The translations under genes were made by a program, and so were the position numbers. From the IMG/VR virus record IMGVR_UViG_3300050821_008688, positions 35,669 through 99,668 of that record: 64,000 bases of DNA. One strand, 5' to 3'. The stretch's first letter is position 1. Each line of letters starts with the position of its first letter. Source of the DNA: a virus. Shown one piece after another: positions 9,800 through 20,765 of the stretch. The notes beneath the pieces were generated by a model that had not been told where the DNA came from, did not search any database, and saw only the letters and a list, made by a program, of their open reading frames with translations.

Positions 9800-10930
9800 A
9801 TGGTAGTGAACGATATTCACGGGCAGTGATTGAAATTCATGGCGCAAGGCGCGCTTGCACTCCGCAAGGCTCGGTCGAGGCATATTAGTCGAGCAGCATT
9901 TCAAAGCGACCGCGACCCGCCAGTTATGTGGGTCAGTTCGTACAGGTATACGCTGTGAGGCACAGGAAGGTATAGTAGAGAGGTAGAGGCCGAGAGAGTA
10001 GCAGAGTGGCACAATCATACTGTGTGCGCGGTAGCTGGCTTCTAAGGCGATGCTCGCTACACAGACTATCAGTAGTGAGCAGCGCGAGGTATATCACCAG
10101 ATTAGAGGCTTTCACCGTTTGCTGAAACACACCATCACACTGTGTTCGTGATTACTCATGCGAACGCATGCGGCGTGTTATCACATTTGATGGAGACGAA
10201 CGTGTGTGGCGTTGGGCGCAATTTTGATGCCAAACTATTTTTATTTTGCGTTGAGGTGTGTAAATTTTACATACTGTGTAATTTTTACATAGTAAATTTT
10301 ACATAGTGCGCGCCGCCGAGCACGTTTGATGCCAATCACCGTGTAATTTTTACATAGTCGGTCAAAGTGATAGTGGCGATGTCGCCAATACACGTCGCGT
10401 ATCTCGTGTGCTGTCAATGAATTATTCCAAATTGGTATTTTCGCATAGTCAGGCGCGCAGCTAAGTGCTGCGTTATCATGCAGCGCGCGCTCGGATGGCG
10501 AGATTGTGCTGACCGCGCGCATCGCAATGTCCATCACTCGCGCGCCCCACGCAACTAATTGATTGCGCGATAGTTAAAACATTTTCGTTTGGCCCTGTTC
10601 GTGCGTGCGCACATTTTTTCGCAATGGCCCTAAAATTGCGAGGACCCTTTGGCACTCCACATGCGGGCAAAAACGCCCCACGGAGGTCGCCTGCCAGCCG
10701 AGCCTAACTACACCCCCCTAACAGAGTTTATTTAATCTGCTTACGATTTCGCTTGACAAGTTCTAGGCGCTCGCGGTATCCTACAAAAGTTCCAAGGTCT
10801 GGGTTCTCAGGTGATTTCAAAAGCCCCCGAAGTCGGACATTAGAACGGACATCGTGTAAAATTTACACGGTGCGCCGTAAGTGTCGTTCAGGCGGGCCTT
10901 GGGACTATGTAAATTTTACATAGTGGGAGC
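9800..10930. promoter_or_regulatory. large non-coding control region, possible genome terminus or pac region
   Basis: strand switch; no credible ORF; six TGTAAWWTTTACA-type palindromes, IHF consensus at 10552-10564, five sigma54-like boxes, and TTGACA-N18-TATCCT at 10753. Confidence 0.65.
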
Positions 10931-10934
10931 ATCC

Positions 10935-12566
10935 ATGAGCGTTCCAAAAGTGATAGTCAAAATCAAAAAGCGATTCGGTATCTTCGTTCAGGACACCAAC
11001 CCTCCCTATCGGTCGCATGTCTATCCCCGAGCCTACACCAGCCGCGCCCATGCGAAGCGTGCGATACTTGATTCTATCGTCTACGAAGTGCGCCCACTTT
11101 CTCTGGCGCGTCCATTTTCTCTTCGAGGTGAAAAGTGATAATCAAGAAAGCGAAACAAGTTTGGGTCATCTGGTATAAAATCGAGTCCGGTGGCTTTCGG
11201 TCTTTGAATGAGGGAACCACGGACACGTACGAGACCAAGGCCGCAGCCGAGGAAGCGTTGAAGAAGTATCTCGCCACGTATCCACCTGTGCTTCCCGGCT
11301 CTCGGTACGACGTACGCCCGCTTTGAAGTGAAAAGTGAGGAGAGAAAAATTATGAGCAAACGAAAAGTCATACGAAAAGCGCGGTCGCATCGGTTTGGTG
11401 TCTTCGTTAATGACGGCCACGGTACTGGCGTACGGTCGTATTCTCTGCCGAAGGTCTATGGTAGCGCAGTGAGAGCGCAGATAGCTGCGGAGGCCAAAAG
11501 TCTCGCGCTGATAGAGAGAGTGGATATGTTTGTTGTCCGCGAACTGCGGCAGGGAGAAAAATAATGGTAGAGCGAATCATTCTTCGCAGTGGTAGAAGTA
11601 TTGAAGACCCAACTGATTCGGCACCGATAACCTTGACTATGACGGGCGGCACTCCGGTTTTTCTGGCCGCGATTGGCTGGCCCGTTAGATTAGCGATTTG
11701 GGTTTTGCGGCGCTATGTTCGGAGGATAACCGAAAATGAAAATTAAAATTAGAAAAGCAATCACGCGCTATCGCGTCGCATTGGGAAATCTGGGCTGGTC
11801 GGCAGACCTTCCTGACTTTTACAAGTCGCGGTTGGCTGCTACTCGTGCGGTCACGAAACATCTGAAAGAAATCCACGGGACGGCAGCGGAGATGTGCTAT
11901 AGTGTTGAGAGGGTGATACTGTGAAGGGCGGCGCGCAGTTCTACAATTCGGAAATCGTGAAGGGATACCAGACGTACGTTATTGGAACAAAAGCGTGTAT
12001 GTTTTTGGATGAGCGAAAGCTACCGTCGTCGTTCCGTATTCGGTGGCGTGTGCTGGACATTGATGAGTTTTATTACGCCTTGCGTTTTGAGGCGGTTGAG
12101 ACTAAGATGGGTTTCACGAAAGAGAACGGCGTGTTCCAATGCCGATTCGCAATGAAGGCGGTGTCATGATGGCTAAGAAGTATGTTATCACGTTCAATGC
12201 GGCGTGTATGTTTGGTCAGGTTGAGCGAAAGCGTTCTGGAAGTATTCCCTATGAGTTTGATACGCGCGCCGAGGCTGAAGTTGCGCTTACAAATTCGCTT
12301 CGGTTGCATCCTCTTCGGGTTTGCACGCCGGAACAAATAGACTACCAAGTAGTGGAGGTGAGCGAATGAGCGCCAAAAAGAAAGCGAAGAAGTTGCCGGT
12401 GCGTTATCAGGTTGTGTACGAATCGGATGCGACGAGAAAGACAGAGCCATCCACAAATTATCCCGGAAAGTTTAAGACGCGCGCCGAAGCCGAGCAGCTT
12501 CTTAATGGACTTGATGAGTGGTTTCGCGAGTCAATGGGCTACCGAGTTCAAGAGGTGCGCGCGTGA
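10935..12566 (+). other. tandem array of six related 60-70 aa proteins plus two unrelated ORFs
   Basis: ORFs at 10935, 11135, 11352, 11736, 12166 and 12366 share a basic N-terminus, (Y/F)x(S/T)xxxAxxA and C-terminal (Y/F)xVxx(L/V). Confidence 0.7.
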
Positions 12567-12793
12567 TGATTCTTATCGCGCTCGGGATTGCGGTGTCGTG
12601 CTGGATATATGTGCATCATCCGCCAACGAGGTTCCGATGAAAATTCTTTTGATTCTTTTGATTCTCGTGGTTCTGTGGCTTTTGAGTGGTCCAGACAACG
12701 ACGACGATGATGATGGCGGTTGGGCATGATTTACGTGGCGATTCATTTTTTGATTGTTCTTGAATTGATTCGTGAGACGAAGGGGATGAAGAT

Positions 12794-13921
12794 ATGACCG
12801 AGAGCGAGTACCGACTGAGCGATGACCCGAACAGATTTATTGATGGCTGTCCATGCATCGCCTGTGAGCGCGGGCGTGAGCATGAACGTGAGTGGAAATT
12901 GGCGATTGAAAAAGAAACCGCCGCCGCAACAGAAGCTCTTGCGCCCGCACTAGCTGGTGAACCGCGCGGCTATTGCGCCAAGTCTACCCATCCACATCCG
13001 AAGTACACGCTATGTGTAGACTGGAATCCATGCACTACGCGAGGAACTTGTTTTCTTCTTGACACTCCGCACACGCGATGCGGCAATTTTGATTGGAAGC
13101 CGGTGCTTTCAATGTCGTATCCGAAAGACGCCGTAGAAAAATTGAAGTTAGCTATTGCTCCGACGTACGGAACGTGCGACGAGTCAAAAGTTCCGCACAC
13201 GAATTGTGGCGGGAATACGAACTGGACGCCGTCGCCGCAGTACACGGTGCCGACCGGGGCGGATGGCGATGACTTGCCGAAAAAAATCGGCGGGCAGACG
13301 CAAATATTCGTTCCGAAGCCCGTGCTGGGAACTTGCGACTTGGACGTAAAGACAGCGGGACCGCATCCGCAATCGGTGTGCTGTTTGAACTGGAAGCCGC
13401 TGTCTGGGATTTTGACCGAGGCAGAAAACAGAGCAGTCGTTCTTGGAACAGTGCCGATGCTTTCAGAGAAGCGGCCTGCACCAGACCAATGCGCCGACGA
13501 AACGCCGTATACCACTTTTATTTTGCCTCCTGCACTGTGTGATGAGATTGTTGAGCAGCCCGTAATGCCGATTTACGACGCCGCCACTGGACAACTCAAA
13601 GTCGATGACCCGTGGATAGAGGGGACTCCACTTGAGCGGGAGATAGACCAATTTTCTATGATTAATTTTCCGTATCTCCGCTTTGATAGTTTCTTAGTCA
13701 AACAGTTAGCAAAATTTGTTCAGCGTAAGATTGATAAGGCTACCGAAGACGAGCGTCGTCTCCATGCGCCGAAACTACCCGGACAGTACAGATACCTTGT
13801 TGATGATGCTGATATTATTCCAGCGCCTGTGCCGGTCACCAGACTGTTGGGGCGGTGTGACAACGGAGTTTTCCCGCATGTGAAAAATAACGATTGCAAA
13901 AATTGGGTGCCTATGCGATAG
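12794..13921 (+). CDS. Cys/His-repeat protein
   Basis: five GxC...PH...C..WxP repeats. Confidence 0.75.
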   Translation: MTESEYRLSDDPNRFIDGCPCIACERGREHEREWKLAIEKETAAATEALAPALAGEPRGYCAKSTHPHPKYTLCVDWNPCTTRGTCFLLDTPHTRCGNFDWKPVLSMSYPKDAVEKLKLAIAPTYGTCDESKVPHTNCGGNTNWTPSPQYTVPTGADGDDLPKKIGGQTQIFVPKPVLGTCDLDVKTAGPHPQSVCCLNWKPLSGILTEAENRAVVLGTVPMLSEKRPAPDQCADETPYTTFILPPALCDEIVEQPVMPIYDAATGQLKVDDPWIEGTPLEREIDQFSMINFPYLRFDSFLVKQLAKFVQRKIDKATEDERRLHAPKLPGQYRYLVDDADIIPAPVPVTRLLGRCDNGVFPHVKNNDCKNWVPMR

Positions 13922-13923
13922 TA

Positions 13924-13939
13924 GACTTTCTGTTCTATA
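13924..13939 (+). promoter_or_regulatory. putative late promoter GACT-N7-CTATA
   Basis: same motif and spacing at six intergenic sites ahead of late genes. Confidence 0.65.
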
Positions 13940-13951
13940 TTAGGAGCATCT

Positions 13952-16256
13952 ATGAGCGAACGCTTGCAGCCCACGTATTTCGTGAAGCATATTGACAACT
14001 CGTATTCTATCGCGGAACCGCAACCTGTCTACGTCCCCGCAAGTGAGACCGTCACTTGGCAGAATATGGGTCCAGTTGGCTGGTCGGAAGACCCGAGTCG
14101 TGTCGGTACTCCGGGACGATTGATTAGTCAACTTCGATTCATCGTGGACCAAGCGCCGATGCTGAATGTTCCCACGGGTCAGGATGCTTTGGCGCGTCTG
14201 AACAATTCAGTGGTGCCGTACATCTATATGAATCCGAAGACGTGGGAGTCGCTTTCCGAGCCACTGTTTAATGTGGGCCAAGCGCGACCGAAGCTGGTGT
14301 ACTACCGTCTCTCGTTCAAGTGTCCGACGAAATTTGTGCCTCTCGATTTGATACCCGAGGGCCGAATGCTTTGCACGTCAAACAAAATTCCGGGGGTGGA
14401 GGGGTTGTGATGAAGCATTGTCCTACAGATTGTCCGTGTCGTTTTCCACGTAGCCGAACACTGACGGGGCAGGACCACATTCGGATGGAGTACAATCATT
14501 TTGATGAGACCGGTGAGCCGCGATACCCGCAGACGGAAACCACCCCGCCGCAGGGCGAGGTTCATTGGTTAGACTGGCACGAATCGGAGGAATGATGAAA
14601 GAGACACATGCAATTTTCGTGCGGGGCCGCGCATATAATGTGTACGAGTGCGCGGGCTATGTGAAGGCAAGCATGGACGGAATTTTCGGCTGGTCCTCCG
14701 TGTGGGCTGAAGACGAATTTCATTTGTTGATGCGAATCGTGACGGCGCTGGACGGCGAGCAATGAAAATTGTAAAGTATGGCAAGGTTATTCTTGAACAG
14801 GGCACGGTGCCTCGCATTGAGGGCTGGCTGATGATGCCGGAGATAGAAGACCCACCCGACGCTTCGCCGGAGCAACTGGTTGCAGCGGTTGCTGCGGAGT
14901 GGGCGCTGAAACATTTGCAGGCGGTGTACAGCGGAGCCGTGCTAGACGGGCTGATTCAGGCGGGAAAGAAAATCAAAAAGGAACCGTCATGACACCCGAT
15001 GATGGTCTCAGAGGCTTGGGGCTTTGCTTCGCAATTCTGGGAACCCAAAAAGAATTGGCGGAAGCGGTGACAGCAGACAATTGGAAAGAGCGGTGCGTTC
15101 TTTCAATTCGGTTGAAACGGTTGGAGGGAGAATTAGATGCGCTACGTCGTGAGATTGAACCCACACTCGTACAATCCGCTCACGAAGAAAGTCATGGTAA
15201 ACAAACTGTGGGAAGTTGAGCAGCGCGCGGACAAAGATAGCGAGAGAGTAATTTGGCATTGTGCGAACGTGCGGATTGGCGTGAACCCGATTGAGTATTT
15301 TTTTACGGTTCCGAAAAAGAACGAGCCCCCGTGGGAGTTGCATTACCAAGGAACGTGTTATACGGACGGGCAGGATAACGCGATTGTGATTTTGGGGGTG
15401 CCTGATGTCAATTAGTTTGAAACCAATCTATCAGATGTTCGCGCCGGTTGACGGTTTCGCGGAGTTTGTAGTTTTGGTGTCGCTCACGGCGATTATCGTG
15501 CTGGCCTTCATGCATATTCTCACGGATGCTTTTGCTATGGCGCTCACAGCCGTTGGTGGTCTCGGAGTTGTTCACGATAATTGCGCTGCGTATTTGGCGA
15601 GTCGCGCGGAAAGATTCTCGCATCCAGAGGGAGACCATGAAGGTCACTGATAAAAATGAAACGTTGCAGCCACCAAAGGGTTTTGAGGCGTACGATGTAC
15701 GAGCCGATGGCGCATATCTTCGGCTAGAGTACAGCCAAACCAAATACGTTCCTGACCCCACGGATAAATGCATGGGGCAGAGGATGGACGGTTGGACTAC
15801 GGTGGTAATTTATTTGAACGACCAAGGGCGCGAAGTTCTTCGCACTGAGGTGTACACTAGAATGGCGTTACCACTGCCGGATGCGATTCCAAAGCCGTGG
15901 TACTTTAAGTTTGCTGATATGATTTTAGATGCATTTAACGCATAGGAGGCTTTATGAGTCAGGAAGAAATCAGTCGTAAAGTAAGACGGACGTGCGAAGG
16001 TTGCGGGAAGGCAGTTGAATACGAGTTTATTGGAGCAACCGATGCTGCGCTTGTCGAAATGATGAGTTGGTACACGATAGTTCGGCAGTTTCTGATTAAC
16101 GGTCGGCCAGAAAAACTCATGGTGCAGGCGTGTTCTATTACCTGTGTTCCAGCGGCGGCGCTAAAGTTGGAAGCAGTTCCGTCCGGGTTAGATGAGCCCG
16201 CCGACCAGATTGATTTGTCTACGTTGCAGGTCAATCCAGACCCAACGGTAAACTAA
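13952..16256 (+). other. block of about 9 small hypothetical genes, including a two-TM membrane protein (15405-15650, possible holin)
   Basis: translationally coupled ORFs; 15405 has two hydrophobic helices. Confidence 0.5.
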
Positions 16257-17845
16257 TGAGCAAAACTATCCAACATGGCGATACAGCACGTCAGTCAATT
16301 CTCCGGGGTGTTGATTTCCTCGCGGACGCGGTGAAGATTACTGAAGGTCCGCGCGGGCGCAATTGTATTTTGGGCCAGCGTGCGTTAGGACAAAGCCCGA
16401 AAGTTACGCGTGATGGTGTGACAGTTTCAAATTACGCGGACCCGATGGACACGACTGAACAACTCGGAGCCGACCTTGTGCGCGAGGCCGCGCAGAAGAC
16501 CGACAACTCCGTGGGAGATGGTACGACCGCAGCAATCGTTCTCGCGCAGGCAATGATTCACGCCGGTTTTGATTTGATAAAAGATGGCGCAAATCCGATG
16601 GCGATGGAGCGCGGAATTCACAAAGCGACCGAGGCTGTAATTGCGCGTCTTCAAAAGATGGCGGTGGAAGTTTCGGGCGAAAAAGTTTTTCAAGTCGCAA
16701 CTGTGTCGGCCCACGGGGATGCGGAGATTGGTAAACTCGTTGCGACTGCGGTTGAAAAGGCGGGTAAGGATGGAGTGGTTACCGCCGAGCCGTCGTCAAC
16801 GTCGGACACGTACATTGAGACGGTCGCAGGAATTGAGCTAGAAAAGTCCAGTCTGATATCGGCGGCGTTCATTACAAACCCGGAAGAAATGAAAGCTGAG
16901 TTACCTGACTGCCGAATTCTTTTGTGGGAGGGAGTGATTGGGACAGCGAAATCATTGGTTCCGATTCTTGAGCAGGTTCATAAAACTTCAACGCCGCTGC
17001 TTATCATCGCGGGCGGATACGAGCAGGAAGCCTTGGCGTGCATCATCAACAATAAATTGAAACTGCATCTGCCGCTGATTGCCGTTCGCATGGAAGCGTA
17101 TGGAGAGAGCCGAAAAAATCTGATGGCTGATATATCAACACTGATTGGTGGCACGGAGTACACTGAAGACAAGGGGATGAAAATAGAAAACGTAAAAATT
17201 GAAAATCTAGGTTCGGCGCGTAAAGTCGTTACGAGTATGTCAAAGACTCAAATCATCGGCGGCAAAGGTAGTCAGACTGAACTGGCTGGACGCGTTCAGC
17301 ATCTTCGCGAAGCTATAGATATATCTGAACCGGTGCTAAAGCCGAGCCTCAAACGACGGCTGGCGGCGTTGCTGGGCGGCATCACGATTATCAAAGTCGG
17401 CGGCGTCACCGTCACCGAGATGGAAGAGAAGAAAGACCGAGTGGTTGATGCAATGTCGGCGGCGAAGGCCGCAGTTGAATCGGGAGTCGTGGCTGGTGGC
17501 GGAATGGCACTGTTGGAAGCCTCGCATATTCCTGTACTCAATGTTCCGAGCGGCGAAGAAGCGAAAGGTGTACAAGTGGTGCGTGTTGCGTGTCAGGCTA
17601 TCGTCAAACAAATCGCGGAGAACGCGGGCGTCAGCGGCACGCTAATATTGGACCAACTGATGGCGACACCGGATTTGGGATTCAATGCGATGACTGGTGA
17701 GTTTGAAAATCTCGTCAATGCTGGAATTATTGACCCGGTTAAGGTCGTGGTGGAATCGCTTCGGAATGCATCCGCTGTTGCGTGCAGTATTCTTACGATG
17801 GGCGCAACGGTCGCAGAGAAGTCCACGGAGAAAATCGATGGCTAA
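16256..17845 (+). CDS. groEL: chaperonin GroEL (phage-encoded)
   Basis: LADAVKITEGPRGRN, VTRDGVTV, VGDGTTAA, EMEEKKDRVVDA, GIIDPVKV. Confidence 0.97.
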   Translation: MSKTIQHGDTARQSILRGVDFLADAVKITEGPRGRNCILGQRALGQSPKVTRDGVTVSNYADPMDTTEQLGADLVREAAQKTDNSVGDGTTAAIVLAQAMIHAGFDLIKDGANPMAMERGIHKATEAVIARLQKMAVEVSGEKVFQVATVSAHGDAEIGKLVATAVEKAGKDGVVTAEPSSTSDTYIETVAGIELEKSSLISAAFITNPEEMKAELPDCRILLWEGVIGTAKSLVPILEQVHKTSTPLLIIAGGYEQEALACIINNKLKLHLPLIAVRMEAYGESRKNLMADISTLIGGTEYTEDKGMKIENVKIENLGSARKVVTSMSKTQIIGGKGSQTELAGRVQHLREAIDISEPVLKPSLKRRLAALLGGITIIKVGGVTVTEMEEKKDRVVDAMSAAKAAVESGVVAGGGMALLEASHIPVLNVPSGEEAKGVQVVRVACQAIVKQIAENAGVSGTLILDQLMATPDLGFNAMTGEFENLVNAGIIDPVKVVVESLRNASAVACSILTMGATVAEKSTEKIDG

Positions 17846-18167
17846 GTCAGTTTTGGAACCGGCAACAGACCATGTTATCGTGGTTGATGAACCGCGCTCG
17901 GTAACCATTGGTGGGATTGAACTGCCCGACAATGTGAAAGGTCTGGAGCTATTTTACGGCACCGTAGTGTTTGTTGGTCCTGCTGTAAATAAAATAATGA
18001 CTCAAGTTCGGGATGTGGTGTGTTATGGTCCCTACGCCGGAAAGATGGCAGTCATCAACGGCACAGAGTTTCGGATTTTGAAAGAGAGCCAGATTGAAGC
18101 ATATGTGCGGCCAGTAGAGGAGGAGACGTATCCTGCTGGTGGCAGTGGAACGGATTTGACGGAGTGA
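17838..18167 (+). CDS. groES: co-chaperonin GroES
   Basis: LEPATDHVIV, TIGGIELPD mobile loop, GTVVFVGP, YAG...INGTEFRILKESQI. Confidence 0.9.
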   Translation: MAKSVLEPATDHVIVVDEPRSVTIGGIELPDNVKGLELFYGTVVFVGPAVNKIMTQVRDVVCYGPYAGKMAVINGTEFRILKESQIEAYVRPVEEETYPAGGSGTDLTE

Positions 18168-18170
18168 TGT

Positions 18171-18686
18171 ATGGAAGAACTAACGAAGAGAATGTCGGTG
18201 GAGGATTTGAAAAAGACGCCTGAGTTCCAACACTTGACTCAGAAGCAGCGGCTATTTGTGGCAACATACTGCGCGGGCGGGCTGTTGGATGGGAACTATG
18301 ACCCTATTGCGGCGACACGAACGGCGTACAACTGCAAGAACTACGAGTCTGCGCGCTGCATGTCGTATCCCATCATGCAGAACATCCGAATCGTGGCCGT
18401 GCTGAATTTGCACTTTGGTCGGACGCCTATTGAGGATTTCATCGTGCTGCTTGACCGGGCCATCAACAATAAGAAACTGACCAACGCTCAGCTGGGCGCG
18501 CTGCGACTGAAATCCGATTTGCTGCGTCGCCCATCCGCAATTCCTAACCGCGCCAACGTGGGAGTTTTACCAGAAGACGTGCGCGCCGCAGAAAAGAAAA
18601 AAAAATCAAAAAAACCCAGAGAAAGCCAGCCTCCTGATATCGGTGAGTACGTCAAGCAAGCTCAAAGCCTGAAAGTTCAAAAATAA
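18171..18686 (+). CDS. terS: terminase small subunit (putative)
   Basis: LTQKQRLFVATY...AATRTAY HTH typical of TerS; lies upstream of the structural module. Confidence 0.65.
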   Translation: MEELTKRMSVEDLKKTPEFQHLTQKQRLFVATYCAGGLLDGNYDPIAATRTAYNCKNYESARCMSYPIMQNIRIVAVLNLHFGRTPIEDFIVLLDRAINNKKLTNAQLGALRLKSDLLRRPSAIPNRANVGVLPEDVRAAEKKKKSKKPRESQPPDIGEYVKQAQSLKVQK

Positions 18687-18702
18687 GACTTTTCTTTCTA
18701 TA
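18687..18702 (+). promoter_or_regulatory. putative late promoter GACT-N7-CTATA
   Basis: repeated motif. Confidence 0.65.
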
Positions 18703-18718
18703 GGTGAAGAGGCCATCT

Positions 18719-18979
18719 ATGCCCGATTCGCCTATTTCCGTCCACGAGTCGGAGACTAAACAGCGCCTCTTAGACTATCAGATGGAGTTGTCTGTTTGGC
18801 CCGATTTGGAGACAATCATTATGGCTGCTAAGATGGGGAAGGCTCAAGCGTTCCACGAAGTATTCCACAACAAACCAAAGACAGTTGATACCAGCAAGTC
18901 TGCGACGGGCCAGCGTAAACAAATGATTGCGATTGCTCTCTCAAAGGCTGGTCTATCAAAGCCCGGAAAAGGGAAATAA
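18719..18979 (+). CDS. small basic protein (DUF6496-like C-terminus)
   Basis: RKQMIAIALSKAG. Confidence 0.55.
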   Translation: MPDSPISVHESETKQRLLDYQMELSVWPDLETIIMAAKMGKAQAFHEVFHNKPKTVDTSKSATGQRKQMIAIALSKAGLSKPGKGK

Positions 18980-18982
18980 TTT

Positions 18983-20764
18983 ATGGCGAATTCAATCATC
19001 ATAGGCCAAGGTGGAAGCGGTGTAGGTGGCGGGTCTAGTACAAACCTATCAGTCGGCCCGAATGGTGGGACCGGGCCTACCAGTTCAACTCAAATTGGAG
19101 ATGTCGTTGCTGGAGTTTTCACGCCGTTTGGTCCTAGCAATCCTATACCGATTTCAGGAACCATTACAGCATCTAACCCATCGGTCGGTGCGACAGGAAG
19201 TGCCGCGCCCGCATTTGCGACTGAGATAGGTGTCATCAACGCTGGTGGTCTTCTAGAAGGCGCGAGCGCGTCAAATCCTGTTCGCATTGACCCGACTGGT
19301 ACCACGGTTCAGCCGGTGAGCGGAACCATCACGGCGCTTCAAGGTACTTCGCCTTGGGTCGTGAGTGGAACGGTTACAGCCACTATAGCAACTCCTACGG
19401 ATTGGGGCACGGCTCCTGCGACTTCGGTTTTGGTTCCTGCGGTTAATGCTGAACTTTTTGCAGGACAGGTTCTTCTTGCAGCCGCACCTGCGAGTACGGT
19501 TGCAACTGCGGTGCAAACTTCTCTTGTCGTGCAGGTTTCTCCAAATCAGCCGTCCGCGCTTTTTGCTGGAACCGTTCCGGGTACGCCGCCGCTCAATACT
19601 ATTTTGACGGGCATGATTTATAATTCTTCTGCTCCGGCTCCAACTGCGGGACAGACTCTTCCGCTACAATCTGACGTAGTCGGAAATTTGAAGGTCACCG
19701 TAGCTACTTCTCCGAGTACGCCGCTTAATGATAATATCGCCGAGTGGGGTAGTGTTGCAGTCGCTGCCGCCACGAACACAATGACAGTGGGAACCGAGAG
19801 TGCTCCCGTTGTCCGACCGATTCAAGCAAAACACTGTGTTATCTTGACCACTACACCCCTTGCGGCGAACGGAGTATTCACATCCGCATCAGGTACAGGT
19901 CCGAGCGGGTGGTTTGATACGGAGGTTACTGGTGACACTTTCGTATTTGCTCGCGCATTATCCAACGTTGGCAGCGCCAATCCCGGTTTCGCGATTCAAG
20001 TTTCTGACGACCCGACAAATGCAGGACTAACTCAAGCGTTGGCTCAAGTAACGACATCAGCAAACGTCGTTGGTACTGTCAATTGTAGTATTCCGACTCG
20101 CTATTGGAGAATTGTTTATACTAACGGCGCGACTCTGCAAACCACTTTTGAACTCGCCGTGGTGAGTGGCCCGATGGGTGCCGCGCTTCTTGGACAAGGT
20201 ATAGTAACGGCAGCGGGAGCTACATATAATCTTACTCCGGTATGGGCGGTTCAAAATAACACTGTTGGTGACGCGAGTACAGCTAATGGATGGGAAAATT
20301 CATCTGGTCTAGCGTCGGCGGCTGCGGTAGCGGTTGGATACACCACTGGTCCGCAGTCAGCGGGTGCTAACTATTCTGCTGCAAGAACTCCGAATATTTT
20401 TCACACTGCCTCGGTTCCTGCTACGGCTTCTGGCAACACCGCAGTATGGACTCCAACATCCGGCAAGAAATTTCGTCTAATGCGATTTCAAATTACAGCG
20501 ACGGATTTATCGGCGACAGCGGCGGCGCTCCTCACCATATCGTTTCAAGACGCAACTACAGCAATTGGTATTGGAACGTACGATGTGTGGATACCTGCGA
20601 CTGCGAGTCTCGCGTCGGGTATTACTACAGTGTCTGCATGGGTTGATATAGGTAATGGTTATCTTTCAACCACTATAAACAACGTACTAAATGCAAATAT
20701 TAGCGCCACACTCTCGGGCGCGACCGGAACGTTTCGTGTAAACGTTTGCGGGACAGAGGAATAA
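18983..20764 (+). CDS. virion structural or fibre-like protein
   Basis: 593 aa, rich in A/T/G/S/V; QPVSGT motif shared with the next gene. Confidence 0.6.
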   Translation: MANSIIIGQGGSGVGGGSSTNLSVGPNGGTGPTSSTQIGDVVAGVFTPFGPSNPIPISGTITASNPSVGATGSAAPAFATEIGVINAGGLLEGASASNPVRIDPTGTTVQPVSGTITALQGTSPWVVSGTVTATIATPTDWGTAPATSVLVPAVNAELFAGQVLLAAAPASTVATAVQTSLVVQVSPNQPSALFAGTVPGTPPLNTILTGMIYNSSAPAPTAGQTLPLQSDVVGNLKVTVATSPSTPLNDNIAEWGSVAVAAATNTMTVGTESAPVVRPIQAKHCVILTTTPLAANGVFTSASGTGPSGWFDTEVTGDTFVFARALSNVGSANPGFAIQVSDDPTNAGLTQALAQVTTSANVVGTVNCSIPTRYWRIVYTNGATLQTTFELAVVSGPMGAALLGQGIVTAAGATYNLTPVWAVQNNTVGDASTANGWENSSGLASAAAVAVGYTTGPQSAGANYSAARTPNIFHTASVPATASGNTAVWTPTSGKKFRLMRFQITATDLSATAAALLTISFQDATTAIGIGTYDVWIPATASLASGITTVSAWVDIGNGYLSTTINNVLNANISATLSGATGTFRVNVCGTEE

Positions 20765-20765
20765 A

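Noticed and set aside
10259-10354. CRISPR or mini-array
   Set aside because: Repeats are 13 bp with irregular 1-38 nt gaps and no cas operon; the Cas4-like gene sits in the replication module
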